From Candidatus Odinarchaeota archaeon (lineage in GTDB: Archaea; Asgardarchaeota; Odinarchaeia; Odinarchaeales; Odinarchaeaceae), in NCBI GenBank assembly GCA_038826135.1, contig JAWBON010000040.1, positions 1-10,485 on the forward strand: DNA of 10,485 bases, in the 5' to 3' direction. Shown here piece by piece: positions 1-6,472 of the stretch. Every line of letters starts with the position of its first letter. Position 1 is the first letter of the stretch. The notes beneath the pieces were generated by a model. The model worked only from the letters and a program-made list of their open reading frames with translations. It was not told where the DNA came from and ran no database searches. Both the position numbers and the translations under genes were made by a program.

Positions 1-2
1 TT

Positions 3-875
3 TCAGTAGATGAACTGCTGGAAAAACTTAAATCCGGCGGTATCACTCAACCCTCAGGAGGCCCTGTTGACACTGAGGGTTTAAGCAGTGTTCTTACTGT
101 TTTAAACGAGGAGATTGCTAAACTTCAAACAGGTAATTTAGAGCAGACTGTTAAAACAGGCTTCGAAGAGTTGAAAGGATTATTTAACGAGATTAAGGAA
201 GCTCAAACCTCTTTAAAGGAGGGTTTGCCAGGTGCTGGGGGAGCTGGCGTTAACGTAAGCGAGGTTGTGAACAGGGTTGAAGAGCTTCAATCTAGCGTTG
301 AGCGGATTAATAACCAGCTTCAAGAACTTGCCAGTAACATTAATGAAAAGCTTTCAAAAACAGGTGTTTCTGAGGGGGCTGTTTCAAGTGAAAAATTAGA
401 GGAGCTTATTACTAGATTGGATAAAATTGATAGTGGCTTAAACACTATTTTAGAAAGAGAGACTGTTTCAGGTGAGGGTGAGCCTGACGGTTTAAAAGAG
501 GCTGTTAAAAAAATAGTCAGCGCTGTTCTCGACCTTAGAGCGGTGGTGGAGTCTTCTGAGGAGAGCTTCATCTACGGTTTAAAGCTTATTGAGAATAATA
601 TTAGAAAGGATCTTTCAGAGCTAGGTGTCAGAGGAGTCAGCTGTGTTGAAGACGCTTTTGAAAAGCTGAGAAACGGATTGGATAAGAACGGTAAAAATGA
701 GGAAGTATACGATGCGCTGCTGGATGTGCTTTACCATGTGAAGAATAATAATAAATTCGATGATAGGATCAGTGTTATATTAGGTTTTATCAGAGAGCTT
801 AGAGAGAAACCGCCCACAGATACTATAGAGGGAGAGTTGAAGAAGAAAATAAAAGCTGAACTGTTCTCCAGTTAA
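3..875 (+). CDS. Hypothetical coiled-coil protein, 5'-truncated by the window edge
   Basis: The frame of the 171..875 ORF is open back to position 3 (SVDELLEKLKSGGITQPSGGPVDTEGLSSVLTVLNEEIAKLQ...), so the TTG at 171 is probably not the real start. E/K/L-rich heptad-like segments alternate with Gly/Ser/Pro linkers. No catalytic motif recognised. Confidence 0.8.
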   Translation, partial: SVDELLEKLKSGGITQPSGGPVDTEGLSSVLTVLNEEIAKLQTGNLEQTVKTGFEELKGLFNEIKEAQTSLKEGLPGAGGAGVNVSEVVNRVEELQSSVERINNQLQELASNINEKLSKTGVSEGAVSSEKLEELITRLDKIDSGLNTILERETVSGEGEPDGLKEAVKKIVSAVLDLRAVVESSEESFIYGLKLIENNIRKDLSELGVRGVSCVEDAFEKLRNGLDKNGKNEEVYDALLDVLYHVKNNNKFDDRISVILGFIRELREKPPTDTIEGELKKKIKAELFSS

Positions 876-895
876 GAGGCTGTGTTTTCACCGAG

Positions 896-932
896 TATTT
901 TTCTCTTATTATAGTTTATCTGTTGAAAGAGG
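896..932 (+). promoter_or_regulatory. Candidate TATA-like element and RBS for mfnB, with a T-rich tract that may terminate the upstream gene
   Basis: TATTTTTCTCTT at about 896-907, TTATTATA at 907-914 (about 26 nt before ATG 940), GAGG at 929-932. Based on position and composition only. Confidence 0.35.
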
Positions 933-939
933 CTCAGTT

Positions 940-1647
940 ATGAAGCTTTTAGTAAGCCCTGTGGATGTTGAAGAGGCGAAGATTGCTGTAAGCGGCGGGG
1001 TTGACATTATAGATGTTAAAAATCCCGCGGAGGGGTCTTTAGGAGGACAGTACCCGTGGGTTATCAGGGAGATAAAGAAGATTACACCCGCGGGAATAGA
1101 GATTAGCGCTGCTGTTTGTGATAGCGTGGAGAAACCGGGTTTGATAACCCAAGCTCTTTTAGGAGTTTTAAGCCTCGGCGTAGATTATGCTAAGATAGGA
1201 TTATATAAGCCCAGCTCGGAGGCGGCTGTAAGAGATTTTATTAAACTTTTATGCAAGGTTAAGAGTGAATTCGGATTTTCTAGTAGAATTGTGATAGCAG
1301 GCTACGCGGATTGGAGGAGAGCGGGGTCAATAAATCCTATGGTTTTGCCGAGTTTAGCGGAGGGCTTAGATGTAACAGTTCTCATGATAGATACGTTTAT
1401 AAAAGACGGTAAAACAACATTCGACTTTCTAAGCTTGGAGCAGTTGAAAAAATTCTCTGATGATTGTAAGCTTAAAGGTTTTCAGACAGCTATAGCGGGT
1501 AGAATACTGGAGACCCATCTTTTTACAGTTAAAACCTTAGGGTATGATATTTTAGGTGTTCGCAGCCTTGTATGTGAGCGGGGGGATCGCGTTAACGGTC
1601 GGATAGTGTTGGAGAAAATCAAGCAGGTTAAGAGAATGCTCCGGTAG
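940..1647 (+). CDS. mfnB: (5-formylfuran-3-yl)methyl phosphate synthase (4-HFC-P synthase), methanofuran biosynthesis
   Basis: 235 aa. N-terminus MKLLVSPVDVEEA, DIIDVKNPAEGSLG (D25, Schiff-base K27), DYAKIGL (K85), GYAD, MIDTFIKDGKTTFDF (D151, K155) and GDRVNGRI are collinear with MJ1099-type MfnB as recalled. Confidence 0.93.
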   Translation: MKLLVSPVDVEEAKIAVSGGVDIIDVKNPAEGSLGGQYPWVIREIKKITPAGIEISAAVCDSVEKPGLITQALLGVLSLGVDYAKIGLYKPSSEAAVRDFIKLLCKVKSEFGFSSRIVIAGYADWRRAGSINPMVLPSLAEGLDVTVLMIDTFIKDGKTTFDFLSLEQLKKFSDDCKLKGFQTAIAGRILETHLFTVKTLGYDILGVRSLVCERGDRVNGRIVLEKIKQVKRMLR

Positions 1648-2154
1648 TTACCTGGATTTGCGAGTTTTCTTAAACTCTTCTAAATAGAATTGAGTGTCTT
1701 CTTTAACCCATTCTGAAACATTGAAATCTTTGATTTCACTCGCGCTTTTTCTTATAACCACTCTAACTATCCCGGAGTTTATTATAGCGCGTCTGCATCT
1801 TTTACAAGGATTCGCCTCTGTGATCTGACCGTCAGGAACTGTTTCACCGTAAAGATAAAGTGTACCGTCTTTAACTTCAGCGCCGTGGCGGGCTGCATTT
1901 ATAATAGCGTTCTCCTCCGCGTGCACGGCTATACAGTAATCGTAACCAGTATAGGAGGGAATGTTAAGCTCGTTTTTAAGACAACCTACTTCCTGACAGT
2001 TAACAACGCCTCTAGCAGGCCCGTTATAGCCTGTGCTGACTATAACATCATCTTTCACTATTACCGCACCGAATTTTCGTCTCAGACATGTTGAACGCGC
2101 GGAGACGGCTTTAGCTATATTCAGATAGTATTCGTCTTTATTAGGTCTGCTCAA
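1648..2154 (-). CDS. dCMP deaminase / ComEB-like Zn-dependent cytidine deaminase family protein
   Basis: 168 aa. Has HAEENA and NPCKRC zinc motifs, RSTCLRRKFGAVIV and STGYNG, plus extra Cys (C23, C53, C58, C74) typical of dCMP deaminases. TTG start with GGTGG 7 nt upstream. Confidence 0.88.
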   Translation of the reverse strand: MSRPNKDEYYLNIAKAVSARSTCLRRKFGAVIVKDDVIVSTGYNGPARGVVNCQEVGCLKNELNIPSYTGYDYCIAVHAEENAIINAARHGAEVKDGTLYLYGETVPDGQITEANPCKRCRRAIINSGIVRVVIRKSASEIKDFNVSEWVKEDTQFYLEEFKKTRKSR

Positions 2155-2193
2155 CTTTAACCCACCGTTTTGATTTAATTAATAGCCACATAG

Positions 2194-2868
2194 TTAAATA
2201 AGTATCTCGGTACCGGTTGTTTTACCGGTTGCAAGTATTTCAGTTATTCTCTCAGGATGATATCCGTTAATAAGCCAGCATTTATAATCAGGTTTTAAGC
2301 TTAAAATTTTCGGCAGATAACTGTCAATTATTTTATGTTTATCAAGATTAAGGGATGAGGCTTTAATCACTGGTATCAGTTGACCTTCCTCAATTTTAGG
2401 AGAAGGGTATAATCCGTTAACGTCTTTGACAAGTATTAGAAAACGGGTTTTTATTTTCAACGCGATGTAGGCTGCTATCGAGTCAGCGGTTACACTCCAG
2501 TTATGAGGCAGTTCATCGTTTTCTTTAAGATATGAGTAAACCTGCAGGACAGGGAGGATACCGTGTTCAACTGATTCTTTCACTTGACTAGGGTTGCGGA
2601 TAATTTTAACATCCAACCTGTTGTCAACTAGTATATGCGCCATCTGATCCATTGCAAGAATCGCCATCCAATGAGCGGCTTCATCTGATATTATTTTTTC
2701 ACTGTAAAGACTTCTAACATGGTCGCTCATCACTCCACCCCCGCAGATAACTAGTAGACTTTTCCCTGATCGGACGTTTTTAAGAAGCTCTTTTAGGAGA
2801 GGCGCGTGGATTTGTTTATTTAAAACCAGTTCTCCGCCTATTTTGATAACCGCGTCTATTCTATTCAT
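2194..2868 (-). CDS. mfnE: Amino-acid-kinase-fold protein, [5-(aminomethyl)furan-3-yl]methyl phosphate kinase (MfnE-like)
   Basis: 224 aa. Motifs VIKIGG, ICGGG, AAHWMAILAMDQ, LPHNWSVTADS, LVKDVNGLY and INGYHPERI match the MJ0458/MfnE family. ATGA overlap with the mfnF stop. Confidence 0.85.
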   Translation of the reverse strand: MNRIDAVIKIGGELVLNKQIHAPLLKELLKNVRSGKSLLVICGGGVMSDHVRSLYSEKIISDEAAHWMAILAMDQMAHILVDNRLDVKIIRNPSQVKESVEHGILPVLQVYSYLKENDELPHNWSVTADSIAAYIALKIKTRFLILVKDVNGLYPSPKIEEGQLIPVIKASSLNLDKHKIIDSYLPKILSLKPDYKCWLINGYHPERITEILATGKTTGTEILI

Positions 2869-3917
2869 TTAATTCCACCGAGTTTATTATCGAGCAGATA
2901 AGCTACAGCGTAAGCGGGTGTTAAATCACTAGCAGCTTCTCCTATCACTTCATCTGATAGTTTAATGTTTAAACCTGTTGAAGCTGTTTTAAACATTTTA
3001 TAAAGCCATTTCCGGCCTATACCTGTTAAGATAACCGGGTTTTTTGCCAACCATGGTTTAGATTTTAAAATTTTATTCAACGCGTTTTTAATAGTGTTAA
3101 ACTGTGTTCGCTCTATTCTCTCAGCTAACTTTATTAAGTCTGATTTGGAGAGTTCCTCATTATCGCAGCATAGCATTCGACTCAACCGGTTGTAAGAGGC
3201 TTCCACTGTAGCAGGCCTGTTATCAGGTGTTTCGCAAGTATATTGTTTTTCACTGATATTTCCAAGTATGAGGTGGACATCAGCCATTATAGAGAATAAT
3301 TCCCCGGCTAAACTGCATTTTCTTCCATTAAATGTTATAGTGTTTGTTACAGCGCATACAGGGGTTCTGAGCAGGCCTGTATAGTAGAGTTCACTGTTTA
3401 AAAGTCTTTTTAAATCGTTAGCACCTTTACTGTATACTTCATTTTCATGCACTATTATTAGATCTGTTGTAGTGCTGCCCATATCTATGATAAGGCAGTC
3501 TGGGAGTGATTTCGAGAAAAATGAGCCTGTAGCCACCCAGTTAGAGGCTGCGAGTTTCAAAGGATTATTTAAAGCCTGTTCATATTTTAGAAAAGTGTCG
3601 TCAACAGTGTAGAAGAACAGTTTATCAACTGGGATAATTGAGGAAAACAATTCTATTATTTTTAAAACCCCTTCTCTCTTAGTTGCGAAAACATCAGATA
3701 ATTCCGCTGTCATAGTCACAGCGAAATAATCAGGTAGGTTACTGGATAGCTTACCCAGATTTTTTGAAAACAAGCTGGGGAAATCTGATAGAGGTTTTTT
3801 CCAGAAGGGAAAATAAAAGCTAAGAGTGTTAGAGTTTACAACCTGGTTTTTACCAGTTTCTATAATAGTGATTTTAGTGTTAGCACCCCCCACATCTATA
3901 CCAGCGATCACCTGCAT
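2865..3917 (-). CDS. mfnF: MfnF, hydantoinase A/oxoprolinase-like ASKHA-fold coupling enzyme of methanofuran synthesis
   Basis: 350 aa. Motifs GIDVGGANTK, FPFWK, VTMTAELSD, AASNW, IDMGSTTTDL, YTGLLRTP, YTCETPD and RLSRMLCCD are diagnostic of MJ0840-type MfnF. TAATG overlap with the mfnD stop. Confidence 0.92.
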   Translation of the reverse strand: MQVIAGIDVGGANTKITIIETGKNQVVNSNTLSFYFPFWKKPLSDFPSLFSKNLGKLSSNLPDYFAVTMTAELSDVFATKREGVLKIIELFSSIIPVDKLFFYTVDDTFLKYEQALNNPLKLAASNWVATGSFFSKSLPDCLIIDMGSTTTDLIIVHENEVYSKGANDLKRLLNSELYYTGLLRTPVCAVTNTITFNGRKCSLAGELFSIMADVHLILGNISEKQYTCETPDNRPATVEASYNRLSRMLCCDNEELSKSDLIKLAERIERTQFNTIKNALNKILKSKPWLAKNPVILTGIGRKWLYKMFKTASTGLNIKLSDEVIGEAASDLTPAYAVAYLLDNKLGGIK

Positions 3918-5164
3918 TAAACTCCCTCTGAACCTGACACGCCTAACGCTTCTAATGAGTTTTTCATGTATTCGAAGGCGTTCTGAGCCTCTTTCAGAGT
4001 GTTACCGTCAGACACGATCATAGCTTCCGAGTAGTCTAGTCCAGTGGGGAATGGAGGTGTGATTATACCGCTTGTCTGAGCTAATTCTTGCATTCTCGTT
4101 ATTGTTAAAGCCTCTGTTACTTTAATCTTAACCTTTGAATAGAACGCGTAGCGTTTAAGATTTATAGTTTCAGGGAGAGCGCCGTCGATGACTGCGCGTC
4201 TTAAAGCCTCCATTAAATTAACATCGGCTATTCTTCTAAGAGCGATATAGCTTGTGGTTAAACGAGGGTTCACTTCTAGAATGAACGGGGTATCCTGTTC
4301 ATCTATTACCAGGTCAACTCCTATGTATCCTCTAACACCGGACATGTTTTCAACTAATTTCTGCGCGGTTTTCTTTATTTGTTTAGACGTCTTATATTTG
4401 AGGGGTGTGTAACCTCCAATATAGTTCAGTTCCCCGGTATCCCGGTCAAAGCTAACAGCCTGAGCGTTGAGACTTATAGGTGTTGCGGATATACCGTTGG
4501 ATATAAGGCTTACACTTGCAGGGATTCCTTTAATATACTTGTGCGCTAAAAACTCGTTGTGCATGGTACTGGCTTTCAGCTTAGCCACCGCGGTTTTCAA
4601 ATCACTGTTAGGGTTAATTAGAATTATACCTTCACCTCCAACCGAGTCGGGGGTTCTTAGAACAGCAGGGTAACCTAGATTATCCAGGATTTCCTTAATT
4701 TCCTGTAAGGATTTGTTAAAAGGTATTTTTTCAATAAATGGAGTGTTTAACCCAAGGTTTTCAGCAACTCGTTTCACATCCCATTTATTAGATAAAAGTT
4801 TCACCGCCTCGGATGTTGAACCTAACACGATAAGCTGGTTTCTCTCAGCTATCTTAGTTAGATTATAGAGTGTATCCGCACTTTCAGGTGCGATAATCAT
4901 TATTTGATCAATTTCTTTACAGACTTTATCAAAGATATTTATTATTTTCTGGGGTGGTCTTAGAATCGTTACGATTTCAACGTTTAGAGGGGGGGTGAAG
5001 TTCGCTATACGGTAGTCGAGTGTCGTATACACTTTGCTTTCAATTCTCTGAAAATCTCTAACCGAGGAGTTAAGCATCGCATATCCTTCACTGAAAAGTG
5101 AGGGTGTCATCGCCTTATCGCAGTATCCTCCTCCGGAGGCGTGTTCATAAACCATCAGTTTCAA
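3917..5164 (-). CDS. mfnD: ATP-grasp ligase, tyramine--L-glutamate ligase (MfnD-like) with a C-terminal extension
   Basis: Motifs VYEHASGGG, SEGYAML, IIAPES, LGSTSEAVKLLSNK, GYIGVDLV and ILEVNPRLTTS. Likely start is TTG 5164 (AGGTG 6 nt upstream) rather than GTG 5173. Translationally coupled to mfnF. Confidence 0.85.
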   Translation of the reverse strand: MKLMVYEHASGGGYCDKAMTPSLFSEGYAMLNSSVRDFQRIESKVYTTLDYRIANFTPPLNVEIVTILRPPQKIINIFDKVCKEIDQIMIIAPESADTLYNLTKIAERNQLIVLGSTSEAVKLLSNKWDVKRVAENLGLNTPFIEKIPFNKSLQEIKEILDNLGYPAVLRTPDSVGGEGIILINPNSDLKTAVAKLKASTMHNEFLAHKYIKGIPASVSLISNGISATPISLNAQAVSFDRDTGELNYIGGYTPLKYKTSKQIKKTAQKLVENMSGVRGYIGVDLVIDEQDTPFILEVNPRLTTSYIALRRIADVNLMEALRRAVIDGALPETINLKRYAFYSKVKIKVTEALTITRMQELAQTSGIITPPFPTGLDYSEAMIVSDGNTLKEAQNAFEYMKNSLEALGVSGSEGV

Positions 5165-5177
5165 ATATAGCACCTAG

Positions 5178-5236
5178 GTTAAATATTAATAGGCTTCTTT
5201 ATTCTATTGTAAATTTGAGTAATATTAATATTTAAC
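5178..5236. repeat. Perfect 14-bp inverted repeat with a 31-nt spacer in the mfnD/guaAB divergent promoter
   Basis: 5178-5191 GTTAAATATTAATA is the exact reverse complement of 5223-5236 TATTAATATTTAAC. 5221-5232 AATATTAATATT is itself a 12-bp palindrome. Confidence 0.8.
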
Positions 5237-5269
5237 TAATAGTGTTTTTAATCTATAGGCGTGGTGGGA

Positions 5270-6470
5270 ATGGGGTTCAACGAGGATAAGTTTATTAAAG
5301 CACAGGTTGAGGAGCTTAAAAAAATATTCGGCGGGGAAAAAGCGTTAATCGCTGTTTCAGGTGGTGTTGACAGTACAACATGCGCGGTGTTAGCGCATAA
5401 GGCTTTAGGGGATAATTTAATCTGCGTTATCATAGATACAGGTTTTATGAGGGCTGGAGAACCGCAGTGGGTTGCTGAGCTTCTATCTAAGCCTCCTTTA
5501 AATCTTCCGATGAGATTATATGAGGGAGCTGAAAGATTTTATAAAGCGCTTAACGGCTTGGAGGATGCTGAGGAGAAGCGTAAAGTCTTCAGAGAAACAT
5601 TTTACACGATACTCGGCGAGATCGCTAGGGAAGAAGGGTGTAAGTTTCTTATTCAGGGAACGATCGCCCCGGATTGGATAGAGACGAAGGGGGGGTATTA
5701 AAAGCCAGCATAATATACTCAGCCAGATTGGCATAAACCCTGTTGAAAAATACGGTTTCCGAGTTGTAGAGCCTTTAATGTACTTGTATAAAGATCAGGT
5801 TAGAAGAGTCGCCAGATCTCTTCAAATCCCCCAGATTTTATCTGAAAGACAGCCTTTCCCAGGTCCGGGGTTGCTTGTCAGATTAGTAGGCAGATTTAAC
5901 GAGGAGAAGATAAAGATTTTAAAGAAGGCCACGCAGCAGACTGAGGGGAAACTTTCACGCTATAATATTCAACAATATTTCGCGGTGATACTTGATAATT
6001 CAAATATTAACAATGTTTTTAGTGATAAAATAAGTAAAATCATCAGCGAGGTTAAAGAGAGTTTTCCAAAAACTGATTTAAATATTAATATTCAAATTCT
6101 CCGAAATAAGGCTACAGGTGTTAAAGGTGATGTTAGATCTTACGGTCACATAGCAGCTATTGAAGCTTTCCAAGATGGGGAAGTTTACATTCCGCCTATT
6201 AAGGATTTGATAAAACTTCACGTAAACCTTGTTGCTAAAAACCCGGAGTTTACACGGATTCTATTCTTGATCTCGGATAAAAAACCCGGAGACTATGTAA
6301 TAGCGGTTAGAGCGGTTACTACTAGGGATTTTATGACTGCTTCCGTGGCGGAGATTGAACCTAAGGTTTTAAGTGAACTGGCTGCTGAGATAATGGTTGA
6401 AAATAAAAGTGTAGGCTGCGTTTATTATGATATAACGCAGAAGCCGCCTGCAACCATAGAGTTCGAGTAG
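5270..6470 (+). pseudogene. guaAB: GMP synthase subunit B (ATP pyrophosphatase subunit), frameshifted as sequenced
   Basis: The ORFs 5261..5701 and 5778..6470 are two halves of one gene: SGGVDS PP-loop, DTGFMR, EEKRK and QGTIAPDWIE, then in the +1 frame IKSQHN, EPLMYLYKDQVR, QPFPGPGL, GVKGDVRSY and YDITQKPPATIEFE. The break is at G7 (5689-5695); removing one G gives a 399-aa ORF from ATG 5270 (GGTGG just upstream). May be a sequencing error rather than a true pseudogene. Confidence 0.9.
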
Positions 6471-6472
6471 TA

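Noticed and set aside
320-571. 83-aa minus-strand ORF
   Set aside because: Antisense shadow of the coiled-coil CDS; Ser-rich composition expected from the reverse strand and no motif.
874-934. 8-nt direct repeat AAGAGGCT at both ends of the intergenic region (874-881, 927-934), a possible target-site duplication scar
   Set aside because: Too short, the second copy doubles as the mfnB RBS, and there are no terminal inverted repeats or transposase remnant.
1885-2094. 69-aa plus-strand ORF
   Set aside because: Lies wholly antisense to the deaminase, which has clear family motifs.
2211-2230. Tandem TACCGGTT repeat
   Set aside because: Explained by the repeated Thr-Gly codons in TGKTTGT at the MfnE C-terminus.
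3826-4673. Plus-strand ORFs 3826..4023 and 4467..4673
   Set aside because: Antisense shadows of mfnF and mfnD with no recognisable motifs.
4989-4995. Second G7 run (C7 on the mfnD coding strand), and G6 runs at 1580-1585 and 9629-9634
   Set aside because: All are in frame in intact genes; no evidence of phase variation at these sites.
5248-5734. Minus-strand ORFs 5248..5433 and 5516..5734
   Set aside because: Antisense to the well-conserved guaAB N-terminal half.
5778-6470. Treating the 230-aa ORF as an independent gene (a naturally split GuaAB)
   Set aside because: Conserved GuaAB sequence (IKSQHN...VVEPL) continues for 27 codons upstream of its ATG in the same frame, back to the G run, and there is no RBS. 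It is a frameshift, not a gene split.
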